Part shown: positions 47,115-56,106 of the stretch, piece after piece
How the letters are laid out: every line of letters begins with the position of its first letter
Numbering within the stretch: the stretch's first letter is position 1
Source of the DNA: Bacteroidota bacterium
GTDB lineage: Bacteria > Bacteroidota > Ignavibacteria > UBA10030 > UBA8401
DNA length: 64,000 nucleotides
Reading direction: 5' to 3'
NCBI GenBank assembly: GCA_049578505.1
Contig: JBAUMC010000084.1
Location: 14,205 to 78,204, forward strand
Notes under the pieces: generated by a model
What the model was told of the DNA's origin: nothing
Databases searched by the model: none
The model's input: the letters and a program-made list of their open reading frames with translations, nothing else
Program-made: the position numbers and the translations under genes

Positions 47115-48779
47115 TCAACCTCCCTCTTTCAATGTCTTCTCGTATGCCGTTTTGTAATCCCGTATAGCATTAAGGACACATTCTGCGACGACTTGTTGCC
47201 CGCTTGGACTGCGCAGGAACATTTCATCTTTCCGGTTAGAGAGATACCCTGTCTCGATGAGCACGTTCGGCATCGAGGCGCCGACGAGCACATAGAAGCC
47301 CGCTTGCTTTACACCGTGACTTGCGGATGATAACTTCTTCCCCATTTCATCTTGAAGGAGTGAGGCAAATTGTTCGCTCTGGCGGACATAAGCGCTTTGC
47401 GCCATAGTCAAAATAATAAAATTCTCCGGTGTAATATCCTGGTAGCGGTCCTGATAATCCTGTTCCAAACGAACGACTGCATTTTCCTTTTGGGCGATTT
47501 TGATGGCGTCTTCCGTTTTGCCGGGACGGAGCAAATAAATTTCAAATCCGTTTGTCGGTGAAGGCTTTTGTTCAAGGGAATTGCAATGAATGCTGATGAA
47601 CAATTTTCCCTGGTTTTCGTTGGCGATTTGCCCTCTTTTGTATAATTCTATGAACCGATCGGTTTTGCGCGTGTAGACTACCTTGACGTCGGGGAGCCGT
47701 TCCTCGATCAGTTTGCCGAGCTTCAGAACGATCCCAAGCGTAATGTCTTTTTCACGCGTACCGATGGTGCCGAGAGTTCCGGGGTCGTTTCCTCCGTGTC
47801 CCGCATCAAGCACGATGACGTCCAGTTTCCATTTTTTCCGCTGTGAGTCGAGCTGGGTGTGAAGGTCATCCTGCTGTTTCCGAGCCTGTATTGCTGCTTG
47901 ATCTTTCTGTTCCTGGTTTGCTTCCTGCTGTTGCCGCTTCCGCTGCGCAGCTAATTCCTTTTTCGATGGAGGTTTCACAGTTTGAATAGAAACAAGCAGA
48001 TCGTTGCTCGCTTCATCCTGTACAATTTCCGAAGTAGAAATCTTCTTTTTCAATTTAAACGAGATCTGTGCTGACGTCGGCGATTGAACGGCGAGCATTT
48101 GCTCAACAACGGGATTCAGCGTATCGGCATTGAGCGCGGCAGTATCGACTCTGACATTCGGCATTGTGACGTACAGCCAATCGTCGTCGCGAATGAATCG
48201 GTCAGCATCGTGTATTTTCACCGACGAATGGAAGCGGAGAAGGTAGCCGTTTTTCCTGCTTTCCACCGTAACCATGGAAATGTCGAAATGTTTCAGCAGT
48301 CTGGTAGAATCGAATCCAGACAGGCTCATCTCCCGTGCCGTATCTACACCAAGCTCCGTACGGGATATCGAATTGAAGATCGGAAGGAAATAAAGAAGGG
48401 GAGCGTAGAGCGTATCGCCGATGGCATGTGTCGGCAGAGGAAGTTGCAGCGGAGTTTCCTTCCGAGTGGCAAAGTCTGTCACGACGACAAAAGAGTTCTC
48501 GGCCGCCAGCTTAATCTCAGCGCGGCTGAGTTTTACTTCCATCTTCTTCGTCGTCGCATTGTAGAAATAATTTAACCCAAACATGCGCACGAGGTCCGGG
48601 AGTGAAATATACCGTACTCCGTTTATCGTCATGGCGCTGACGTACCTCGATGCAGCGAGATTTTTGAGGACGAAAATTTCCGAGCTGTCTTGCTGCTGAG
48701 CAAGCAACGGAGAACCGTTCAGCACAGGGAAAAATCCCACAACATACAGCATCATATGCCGAAGAGTAATTTTGTTCAT
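47115..48779 (-). CDS. N-acetylmuramoyl-L-alanine amidase (Amidase_3) with a long N-terminal AMIN-like/linker region
   Basis: The C-terminal catalytic domain has VIVLDAGHGGNDPGT, FISIHCNS and ETGYLSN. Signal peptide and a Gln/Lys-rich linker. Confidence 0.85.
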   Translation of the reverse strand: MNKITLRHMMLYVVGFFPVLNGSPLLAQQQDSSEIFVLKNLAASRYVSAMTINGVRYISLPDLVRMFGLNYFYNATTKKMEVKLSRAEIKLAAENSFVVVTDFATRKETPLQLPLPTHAIGDTLYAPLLYFLPIFNSISRTELGVDTAREMSLSGFDSTRLLKHFDISMVTVESRKNGYLLRFHSSVKIHDADRFIRDDDWLYVTMPNVRVDTAALNADTLNPVVEQMLAVQSPTSAQISFKLKKKISTSEIVQDEASNDLLVSIQTVKPPSKKELAAQRKRQQQEANQEQKDQAAIQARKQQDDLHTQLDSQRKKWKLDVIVLDAGHGGNDPGTLGTIGTREKDITLGIVLKLGKLIEERLPDVKVVYTRKTDRFIELYKRGQIANENQGKLFISIHCNSLEQKPSPTNGFEIYLLRPGKTEDAIKIAQKENAVVRLEQDYQDRYQDITPENFIILTMAQSAYVRQSEQFASLLQDEMGKKLSSASHGVKQAGFYVLVGASMPNVLIETGYLSNRKDEMFLRSPSGQQVVAECVLNAIRDYKTAYEKTLKEGG

Positions 48780-49276
48780 GACCGGTAATTGGTAAATTGA
48801 AGTGGAAGGGGAAAATCGAGCGCCTTCAATTTTGCGATGACAGCCTGAAGATCGTCGCGGTCTTTACCCGAAACCCGTATCTGCTCTTCCATGATTTGCG
48901 CCTGTACCTTCAGCTTTGAGTCCTTGATGACCTTGACGAGGGTTTTCGCATTTTCTTTATCAATTCCAACCAGAAGCGTAATTTTCTGACGCGCCGTTCC
49001 GCCGCCGGCTTCTTCCACTGGACCGTATTTTAACGATTTGAGATGAATGCCGCGTTTGATGAACTTGTTTTGGAGGACATCTACGACGCTCTTAAGGGTA
49101 AACTCATTGAGCGAGCTGACGGTTACTATCTTTTCTTTTTGGTCGAAATTGATTGTTGACTTAGAATCTTTCAGGTCGTAGCGTTGTGCCACTTCTTTTT
49201 GGGCCTGGTTGAGGGCGTTGTCGACTTCTTGCATGTTAACTTCGGAAACGATATCGAACGAATTCTGCTGTGCCAT
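48776..49276 (-). CDS. yajQ: YajQ-family nucleotide (c-di-GMP)-binding protein
   Basis: SFDIVSEVNMQEVDNALNQAQKEVAQRYDLKDS is the UPF0234/YajQ N-terminus. Confidence 0.88.
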   Translation of the reverse strand: MAQQNSFDIVSEVNMQEVDNALNQAQKEVAQRYDLKDSKSTINFDQKEKIVTVSSLNEFTLKSVVDVLQNKFIKRGIHLKSLKYGPVEEAGGGTARQKITLLVGIDKENAKTLVKVIKDSKLKVQAQIMEEQIRVSGKDRDDLQAVIAKLKALDFPLPLQFTNYRS

Positions 49277-49279
49277 AAT

Positions 49280-50440
49280 CTATATGGTATCCAGTGTCTC
49301 GATGATTACATCTCGCGTTTTGAGTTTCGCGATTAACGGCTCTGCGGGAACGATTTCTTCTGCCGTAAAAACGCCCCTCCGGGAAACTGTCCCGTCCAGC
49401 AATAATTGTGCAATGATTGAAGTAGGAAAGGAAGTCGTGCGCATCATTGCCGTCATCGAATTTTTCTTGTCGAAGAGATCGATGAGCCGGTATGAAAGCT
49501 GCTTCTTCTCCCCGTTTTGTATTCCACGGGCTGAAACCAGAAGCAGCACTACATCCGGTTCGTTAAATGTAAGACGTTTTTTGAGTAATTCCAAAAACAA
49601 TTCTCGCATTGTTACAAGATTGCTTCCAAGTGTCAGCGGCTCATTACCCGCAAAACCGATGTCAAACAGCGGTTTAATTTTTTCGCAATGGCCGGAATAA
49701 CGAATTGTCTTGTATTCAAGCGATTGTACTTTTTTTTCCAGCAATTGCGGGAGCCGTGATGCGCCCCCGCCCGTGTGGAAGGCTTCCAAATTTTCAAACG
49801 GCAGGGGAAATGAAAGGTTCTCAACTTCGGTGAGCGGTTCAACGGTTCGAATCTTCCCGTCGCGGAGTATCGTTGCATTGAGCGTATATTCTTCGACAAG
49901 GCCTTCTGCGGAAAAAACAAGTTGATAATTCAGCGGAGGATGCGGATGCTGCGGCAATCCGCCGACGCGCAACTGCAGGGAGTCAACACTCTCAAACTGG
50001 CGATAAGCATGCATCGCCAAAATATCCGCCAGACCGGGAGCGAGACCGCAATTAACAACAGCCGTAACATTCGCACGCGCCGCACGGGGAGCTTCGGCCA
50101 ATTGCTGTCCGACGATGGCATCGTCGTGTCCAAGATCGCAGAAATGGCAGCCGGCTTCAATTGCGGCTTTCGTAAGCAAGTAGTTGAGATGAAATGTCAC
50201 CGCGCTGATCACGACTTCATGCTCGCACATCATTCGTACAATCTCTCGATAATTTCGCACATCGATTCTTTCGGGATGAATTCGCTGCGGATCGACACTC
50301 TCGGCAGCGTGCCGTGCGCGTTCGCCGTCGATGTCGGCGAGGGTGATTGTATATTGAGGTGAAGAGTGGACGAGGTCGAAGGTAATGGCTTTTCCCATCA
50401 AGCCGGCACCAAGCACTAGAAATGATTTTCGTGTTGGCAT
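49280..50440 (-). CDS. saccharopine dehydrogenase-family NAD(P)-binding oxidoreductase
   Basis: FLVLGAGLMGKAI Rossmann motif. The domain layout and length are typical of the Sacchrp_dh N- plus C-terminal domains. Confidence 0.7.
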   Translation of the reverse strand: MPTRKSFLVLGAGLMGKAITFDLVHSSPQYTITLADIDGERARHAAESVDPQRIHPERIDVRNYREIVRMMCEHEVVISAVTFHLNYLLTKAAIEAGCHFCDLGHDDAIVGQQLAEAPRAARANVTAVVNCGLAPGLADILAMHAYRQFESVDSLQLRVGGLPQHPHPPLNYQLVFSAEGLVEEYTLNATILRDGKIRTVEPLTEVENLSFPLPFENLEAFHTGGGASRLPQLLEKKVQSLEYKTIRYSGHCEKIKPLFDIGFAGNEPLTLGSNLVTMRELFLELLKKRLTFNEPDVVLLLVSARGIQNGEKKQLSYRLIDLFDKKNSMTAMMRTTSFPTSIIAQLLLDGTVSRRGVFTAEEIVPAEPLIAKLKTRDVIIETLDTI

Positions 50441-50500
50441 AATTTCCTTCCGTACGATCCTTCAGCCGTGACGATGAATGCTACCGTGCACGCCGCCGTA

Positions 50501-51136
50501 CTATTTTAGAATTTCCCCCGTTTCGTTACTCCAAAAAAGTAGATCAAGATCGTCGATCGGTATGCCGATTTCCGCCGCAAATTTTTGAAAGCGCTGTTCG
50601 AGAGCGAGATATTTTTTCTTCGTCAAGGTTTTCGGAAGAGATCGGATGGCGCCGTGCTTCTTTAAATTCCTAAGAATGTGCCGATCGAGAATCGCCAGGC
50701 CTTCGTTCAGTCCGACGTTGCGCAAGAAATGGGTCGCCTCTTTATACCCAATCCCTTTCACGTTCTCGGCCAGCCATTCCCTTTTCTCGAAAGCAGGTTC
50801 ACCGTTAGAGATTTTCCGGAGAATTTCGCCGTATTGCCGCTTCATGGCGATGAGCAATTTTGCTTTTGTCTTATGGAAGCGGATATAATATTCTTTTTGG
50901 TGGAGCAGCGGCTCCGGATTGAACTCGGCGTTCTGAAAATTGTGGGCCATCAATGTTTTCTGGGCCTTCGCCGAGTTGATCGCGCTCGACTGAGGCGTCA
51001 TGAAACAATACACCAGTTCATAGAAATATTCCTCGCGTGTCACCGCACGGAAATCGCTTAAGCGCCGTCGAATTGCAGGCTGCTTTCTTTCGTAATCATG
51101 CAGCAACAGGTCGATGTTTTTGTAGCGAGCGTTCAC
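50501..51136 (-). CDS. ogg: 8-oxoguanine DNA glycosylase/AP lyase, archaeal type (Ogg2-like, HhH-GPD)
   Basis: VKGIGYKEATHFLRNVGLNEGLAILDRHILRNLKKHG. The GTG at 51136 overlaps the mutY stop as GTGA. The longest ORF (to 51226) would overlap mutY by 94 nt. Confidence 0.75.
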   Translation of the reverse strand: MNARYKNIDLLLHDYERKQPAIRRRLSDFRAVTREEYFYELVYCFMTPQSSAINSAKAQKTLMAHNFQNAEFNPEPLLHQKEYYIRFHKTKAKLLIAMKRQYGEILRKISNGEPAFEKREWLAENVKGIGYKEATHFLRNVGLNEGLAILDRHILRNLKKHGAIRSLPKTLTKKKYLALEQRFQKFAAEIGIPIDDLDLLFWSNETGEILK

Positions 51137-52032
51137 CGGGCGATGGATACCTTCCTTCTTTCTCCGGTTCCGCGAAGGGCGATCAACGCTTCTCTTTCCA
51201 TCATTTTCAACACATTCATAATCCATTTCATATCTCGCAGGTGAAAGCCGTCGACAACCCGCTCCCCGAGCTGCCGCGCAGTCAATGGGGCATCGTGGAG
51301 AGCTTTTAAAATCCTTCCGCGGTAAATTCGGCGGGGAACTCCTTTGAACGACGGCTCAGCTTTTTTCGGCGATGAGATATTTTTTCTCAGACCAGTTGAG
51401 AAAGCCGATGCACATAATGTATTGACCGGGCATGAACTGCAGCGTGGAGTTTTTGCCGTGCACACCATCGCACCGAGGTCCATGAGGGCCTGGTTCCATT
51501 GAAGAGAGTTTCGCGGAGGGAGAATTTTTTCGGCAGTGGCCCAAATGACTTTTTCCGATTTCATGTCGTTTGTTGAGCGGGCTTTCCAGAATATTCGGCT
51601 GAAGATTCGCCGGATATTAATATCAACAACAGGGGCGGCCGCGTTGAAAGCAAAACATGTAATAGCGTGCGCAGTATACTTTCCGATGCCGGGCAGGTCC
51701 TGTAGTTCTTCAATTGTGCGAGGAAGCCTGCCTCCTGAATTTTCTGCAAGCTGTTTGGCAAGCTGGTGCAGTCGAAGGGCACGGCTGTTGTAACCGAGTC
51801 CCGACCACTGACGCAAAACATCGCTTTTTGGCGCCCCCGCCAACGCTGAAAGTGTCGGAAATTTCTTCAACCATGCTGAATAAAAGACCGCGACACGACT
51901 TACCTGCGTTTGCTGCGCCATGACCTCCGAAAGGAGGATCCGGTAAGGATTTTTCGTTTTCCGCCAGGGGAGATCACGACCGTTATTTTTATACCAATGG
52001 AGAATTTTTGAATGAAGCCGGGAAGAGTTCAA
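51133..52032 (-). CDS. mutY: A/G-specific adenine glycosylase-like (MutY/Nth superfamily, 4Fe-4S) with a non-canonical C-terminal domain
   Basis: WYKNNGRDLPWRKTKNPYRILLSEVMAQQTQV, the HhH LPGIGKYTA, and the FeS cluster CTAKTPRCSSCPVNTLC. TTG start. Confidence 0.8.
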   Translation of the reverse strand: MNSSRLHSKILHWYKNNGRDLPWRKTKNPYRILLSEVMAQQTQVSRVAVFYSAWLKKFPTLSALAGAPKSDVLRQWSGLGYNSRALRLHQLAKQLAENSGGRLPRTIEELQDLPGIGKYTAHAITCFAFNAAAPVVDINIRRIFSRIFWKARSTNDMKSEKVIWATAEKILPPRNSLQWNQALMDLGAMVCTAKTPRCSSCPVNTLCASAFSTGLRKNISSPKKAEPSFKGVPRRIYRGRILKALHDAPLTARQLGERVVDGFHLRDMKWIMNVLKMMEREALIALRGTGERRKVSIAR

Positions 52033-52038
52033 AAGAGC

Positions 52039-52073
52039 AATTAAGAATTATGAATTAAGAATTAGGAATTAAG
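52039..52073. repeat. phased heptanucleotide tract (aattaag aattatg aattaag aattagg aattaag)
   Basis: Five in-phase units immediately upstream of the mutY start. Confidence 0.85.
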
Positions 52074-52125
52074 GGTGCAGATAAAAAAGGAATGCTCTCT
52101 AAATGTCGGATTTGTGATGATCTGG

Positions 52126-52527
52126 TCAAGTTTTTAACTTTTCACTTTGAACTTTTAATTTTTCCACCACGTCCTTGTTGCCTTCCAGCATATCGATACC
52201 CGCTAACTCGGCGCGATTAACCCATCTGATTTGTTCAAAGATATTATTCCGGATTGTTCCGGAGAATGAAGAAACGAAATGGTAAAAAACCTCGAACGAG
52301 CCCGAATCGGGATAGAGCCATTCCTGGCGGAAAAATTCTTGCCCGACGATTGCATCGATGGAAAGTTCTTCGCGGAGTTCTCTCCTGAGGCATTGATCGA
52401 CCGATTCGCCGTTCTCAAATTTGCCTCCTGGAAATTCCCACTTCAACGGATACCGGGAATTTTTCTTTCGCTGGCAAACAAGTACTTGCGGACCGAGGGT
52501 GATGATTCCTACAGCGACTTTTATCAT
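52126..52527 (-). CDS. mutT: NUDIX hydrolase, MutT-like (8-oxo-dGTP diphosphatase)
   Basis: The Met at 52527 gives MIKVAVGIIT. Nudix box GKWEFPGGKFENGESVDQCLRRELREELSI. The longest ORF extends to 52584. Confidence 0.82.
   Translation of the reverse strand: MIKVAVGIITLGPQVLVCQRKKNSRYPLKWEFPGGKFENGESVDQCLRRELREELSIDAIVGQEFFRQEWLYPDSGSFEVFYHFVSSFSGTIRNNIFEQIRWVNRAELAGIDMLEGNKDVVEKLKVQSEKLKT
52128..52162. repeat. phased heptanucleotide tract (aagtttt taacttt tcacttt gaacttt taatttt) over the mutT 3' end
   Basis: Five in-phase units. They encode the last 12 aa or so of the mutT ORF. Confidence 0.75.
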
Positions 52528-52705
52528 GGGAGAATATAAAAAGATGGTGGTTGAAAGACAACGTTGTATATAGAAGTCGCCCATGCCACCTAAGAAAGAG
52601 GCCTATCTGGATAGTTTGCCAAACTTGATTGACAAAATGTTCGACATCTTGCGATGCCATACATCTAGCCAGTGTCTTAGTTTAAGGGCTCTCATCCCAA
52701 TTTGA

Positions 52706-52795
52706 AGTAGCGGCTTAATTTGAATAAAAAATTGCCATGCCCACGTTCCGAATGGATGCCTTTGGCACGCGGGAATGACAAACTGAGCCAGTGCT
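52706..52795. mobile_element. MITE-like element (family copy 3) with perfect 8-bp target duplication CAATTTGA
   Basis: agtagcggcttaatttgaataaaaaattgccatgcccac ... cgcgggaatgacaaactgagccagtgct. CAATTTGA occurs at 52698-52705 and 52796-52803. Confidence 0.7.
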
Positions 52796-52799
52796 CAAT

Positions 52800-52828
52800 T
52801 TGACTTTTCCTCAGCGGCAATGTATATT
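52800..52828 (+). promoter_or_regulatory. near-consensus sigma70-type promoter of the TPP-riboswitch operon
   Basis: TTGACT (52800-52805), 17-nt spacer, TATATT (52823-52828), about 30 nt upstream of riboswitch P1. Confidence 0.5.
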
Positions 52829-52857
52829 TAACGCAGAATTTGTTCTTTGAAGTTTAA

Positions 52858-52972
52858 ATCGTTAGGGGTGTTTCGCCTACGGCGAATCTGAGAATATACC
52901 CTACAACGATCCCGCAGTTTCGTGCGGGATAAATTTACCTGATCTGGATAATGCCAGCGTAGGAAACACGAT
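52858..52972 (+). promoter_or_regulatory. TPP (thiamine pyrophosphate) riboswitch aptamer (THI element)
   Basis: Conserved blocks AGGGGTG, CTGAGA..ACCC and ACCTGATCTGGATAATGCCAGCGTAGGAA. P1 is atcgt (52858-52862) with acgat (52968-52972). The variable P3 hairpin is atcccgca/tgcgggat. Confidence 0.9.
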
Positions 52973-52990
52973 GCCATGTTTTTTTTCTGA

Positions 52991-53031
52991 AGCCGTTACT
53001 GATGCATTCCAATTCAGCAGCGGCTTTTTTT
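52991..53031 (+). terminator. riboswitch expression platform: intrinsic terminator
   Basis: agccgttactga (52991-53002) pairs with tcagcagcggct (53014-53025), with 1 mismatch and 1 G-U, followed by TTTTTTTATTT. Confidence 0.7.
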
Positions 53032-53088
53032 ATTTCCGAAAGGTCGGAAGGATTTTTTGTGATAAAGGAAAAAATGGAAAGGTCTATA

Positions 53089-55329
53089 ATGCGAAAAATG
53101 GTAATTGTGATCGTTTCTAGTTTCGTAGTCCATCTAAATCTCTATTCCCAAGATGAAAAAGATAAGGACACTGTAAAATACACGCTAGCCCCCGTTTTTG
53201 TTACAGCGACTGAAGCGAAAGAGCGGGAAACGCCTGTGACATTTACAAATCTCAACAAAGGTCTTATCGAAGAACGTTACTCGATGCAGGATGTTCCTGT
53301 CTTGCTTGCCCAGCTCCCCTCTATGATTTCTTTTTCGGACGGAGGAAACGGCATCGGCTACAATTATGTAACGTTGCGCGGGTTCGATCAGTCCCGTTTA
53401 TCCATTATGGTGAACGGCATTCCTCAAAATGACCCCGAAGACCAGGGCGTGTATTGGCTTGACTTTTCAGATATTCTTGCAAGCGCGTCGAACGTTCAAG
53501 TGCAGCGAGGTGCTGGAAGCGCGTTCTATGGTCCTCCGGCGATCGGGGGCTCAATCAACGTTATCACCAACCCGTTTGAGCCTAAGCCGTACGTGAGGTT
53601 TGAAAGCATGTTCGGCTTTCAGCAATACAGCGACAGCAGTGCATCGTTGCCGATGACGATGAAAAAGCTTTCTGCATCGTTCAATTCTGGTCTGGTTGAT
53701 AATAAGTATATGTTCTACGGCAAGCTTGGACAAATAAATTCGGACGGGTACCGAATTCATTCGGGAGCGGCGCTCGACTCGTATTTCTTTGGGGCGCTGC
53801 TGCTTGGGGAAAACACATCGACCCGGATTCATTTTTTCGGCGGACCGTTGCAGGATCAGTTGGTATACAACGGCGTGCCGAAATCATACAACGGTGATTA
53901 CCAACTTCGAAGGATGAACATTAACGATGAGGGTCTGATCCGTCAACCGGAAGAAAACGAACAATTCACACAACCCCATTATGAGATTCTCAACGAATGG
54001 AAGATTTCTGAAACACAAAAACTGAGCAACACGTTGTTTTTTTATGAGGGGCATGGATGGTTCGATTTTGATGAATACGGGGACACATCGACGTTTCGCA
54101 TCGACCAGGTACATGGCTTGCATCCTACGCAGGACATATCGACTGCACTTATCCGGGCCGGCATCGATCTCGCGCAATGGGGCTGGCTGCCACACTATGA
54201 ATGGACGCACGAAAACGGCGAGCTGACCGTCGGCGGTGAACTCCGCTACCACAAGGGAACACATTGGGGTCAGGTGTTGAGCGCCGACAGCCTCCCTGCA
54301 AATTATGACATCAGTTACCGGTTCTATCAGTACAACGGCGAGAAGACGATGGCGTCATTGTACGCCAGTGAAGTGTATCGCCTTCAAGAAAACATTTCCC
54401 TGATGGCGAACGTGCAGTTTGCGTACGACCAGTACAGGATTGATGATGAAAAGTTTTTAGATAATTCGTTCAGCTACCCGTATTATTTTCTCAATCCGCG
54501 ATTCGGGATAAATTATAATATTACCGATGCATGGAACACGTATATCTCCGTGGCGTACACATCGCACGAGCCGCCGTTGAGCAATCTTTACGACGCTGAA
54601 AATTCCGCCTACGACCCTACTATTGTTCCGCAGTTTGAAACGAAAATTGTCAACAACGATACCGTGTACGATTACACGAAGCCTCTTGTAAAGCCGGAGC
54701 AGCTTCTCGACTTCGAGCTGGGCGCAGGGTACAGATCGAATGATCTGACCGGAACCGTGAATGTCTACTGGATGGAGTTTACAAATGAATTGGTCCCGAA
54801 CGGAAAGCTCAACCGTTTCGGTATCCCGATCGTCGGCAACGCAGACCGGACGCGCCACATCGGTATTGAGCTGGACGGTTCGGCCCGGCTGCCGTTTTTA
54901 TTTTCTCTGAGCGGAAATGTATCGGTGTCATCCAATAAAATTATCAAAGAAACTGTCCTCAACGTAGATTCAACCGGAGCAATCTTCCCCGCGAATTTGG
55001 ACGGTAATCCCATAGGAGGCTTTCCAAGCATTCTGGGAAATATCTTTTTAAATTATCAAACTGACAAATTGACCGCATCGTTTTCAGCAAAATATGTCGG
55101 TTCGTTCTACACAGACGATTTCAAGCTTGAAGCAGATAAGAACGATGCGTACACTGTATTTAATATTGAAGCATTGTATAAACTTCCTTCCATCGCAAGC
55201 GCCGGCCTGACGCTTCGGGGAGAAGTCCGCAACGTATTCAACACCCTCTACATGCAAACAGGGAACGGCAACTTATTCTTTCCAGCGGCAGAGAGAAATT
55301 TTGTCGCCGGCATTTCTGTGCAATTATAG
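53089..55329 (+). CDS. TonB-dependent receptor (candidate thiamine/thiamine-precursor outer-membrane transporter)
   Basis: The Met at 53089 gives the signal peptide MRKMVIVIVSSFVVHLNLYSQ. Plug-domain motifs (VFVTATEAKE, VTLRGFDQSRLSIMVNGIPQND, VQVQRGAGSAFYG) and a large barrel. The track start at 53002 lies inside the terminator hairpin. Confidence 0.88.
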   Translation: MRKMVIVIVSSFVVHLNLYSQDEKDKDTVKYTLAPVFVTATEAKERETPVTFTNLNKGLIEERYSMQDVPVLLAQLPSMISFSDGGNGIGYNYVTLRGFDQSRLSIMVNGIPQNDPEDQGVYWLDFSDILASASNVQVQRGAGSAFYGPPAIGGSINVITNPFEPKPYVRFESMFGFQQYSDSSASLPMTMKKLSASFNSGLVDNKYMFYGKLGQINSDGYRIHSGAALDSYFFGALLLGENTSTRIHFFGGPLQDQLVYNGVPKSYNGDYQLRRMNINDEGLIRQPEENEQFTQPHYEILNEWKISETQKLSNTLFFYEGHGWFDFDEYGDTSTFRIDQVHGLHPTQDISTALIRAGIDLAQWGWLPHYEWTHENGELTVGGELRYHKGTHWGQVLSADSLPANYDISYRFYQYNGEKTMASLYASEVYRLQENISLMANVQFAYDQYRIDDEKFLDNSFSYPYYFLNPRFGINYNITDAWNTYISVAYTSHEPPLSNLYDAENSAYDPTIVPQFETKIVNNDTVYDYTKPLVKPEQLLDFELGAGYRSNDLTGTVNVYWMEFTNELVPNGKLNRFGIPIVGNADRTRHIGIELDGSARLPFLFSLSGNVSVSSNKIIKETVLNVDSTGAIFPANLDGNPIGGFPSILGNIFLNYQTDKLTASFSAKYVGSFYTDDFKLEADKNDAYTVFNIEALYKLPSIASAGLTLRGEVRNVFNTLYMQTGNGNLFFPAAERNFVAGISVQL

Positions 55330-55338
55330 TCTGAATTC

Positions 55339-55992
55339 ATGAAAACAATATCGGCAGGGAAAAAAAAGCGCGAGGCCTTAGTCATTTGCAACGGCGAAGT
55401 CCCTTCGAAAAAAGCGATGCTACAGTTGCTGCGAGGAAAACCGTTCATCGTTTGCGCGGATGGGGGAGCGAATAAAGCCCGAACGCTTGGCATCCTGCCG
55501 GATCTCATTATCGGCGATTTGGATTCGATTTCACTCGTAACGAGGCGATTTTTCCCCAACGTTGAAACACTCCGTGTTAAAAGCCAGTACAGCACGGACC
55601 TCGAAAAAGCGCTCGATTATTTGGTGAAACATCGGTATCAAACCGCAAGTGTTGTAGGCGCACTGGGGGGCAGACCCGATCACTCGTTTGCAAACTTCAG
55701 CATTTTTAAAAAATACCATAATCGAATCGGCCTCCTTTTCTCTGACTCTCTGTGCAATATTCAAATTATCGATAAGAAAATAGTTTTCGAATCACGAATC
55801 GGCACGGTAATTTCGTTAATGCCGCTCGGCCGATGCGTGGGAATTACGACAGCAGGTCTCGAATTCCCACTAGTCAATGAATCGCTCGAACTTGGCATCC
55901 GTGAAGGAACGAGCAACAAGGTAATTTCTTCTCCTGTAAAAATATCCGTCAAAAAGGGAAGTCTGTTGTTGTTTGTGGTAAAGTCGAAATGA
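55339..55992 (+). CDS. thiN: thiamine diphosphokinase (TPK)
   Basis: VICNGEVPS...IVCADGGANKARTLGILPDLIIGDLDSI and GALGGRPDH, plus a C-terminal thiamine-binding beta domain. Confidence 0.85.
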   Translation: MKTISAGKKKREALVICNGEVPSKKAMLQLLRGKPFIVCADGGANKARTLGILPDLIIGDLDSISLVTRRFFPNVETLRVKSQYSTDLEKALDYLVKHRYQTASVVGALGGRPDHSFANFSIFKKYHNRIGLLFSDSLCNIQIIDKKIVFESRIGTVISLMPLGRCVGITTAGLEFPLVNESLELGIREGTSNKVISSPVKISVKKGSLLLFVVKSK

Positions 55993-56071
55993 TTAATATC
56001 AATTTGCGATATTCAAATTCCGATTGACGATTTCATAAAATTTTAATTTGCCGCTAAGAATTGTGATACTT

Positions 56072-56106
56072 GTTGATTGCTCATTGTTGATTGTTCATTG
56101 CACATG
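56072..56106. repeat. phased heptanucleotide tract (gttgatt gctcatt gttgatt gttcatt gcacatg)
   Basis: Five in-phase units that run into the ATG at 56104. The track start (TTG at 56077) lies within the tract. Confidence 0.75.

Noticed and set aside
53002-53088. N-terminal extension of the TonB-dependent receptor (ORF-track start at 53002)
   Set aside because: The ATG at 53002 lies inside the riboswitch terminator stem. The extension (MHSNSAAAFFISERSEG...) precedes the obvious signal peptide, which starts at the Met at 53089.
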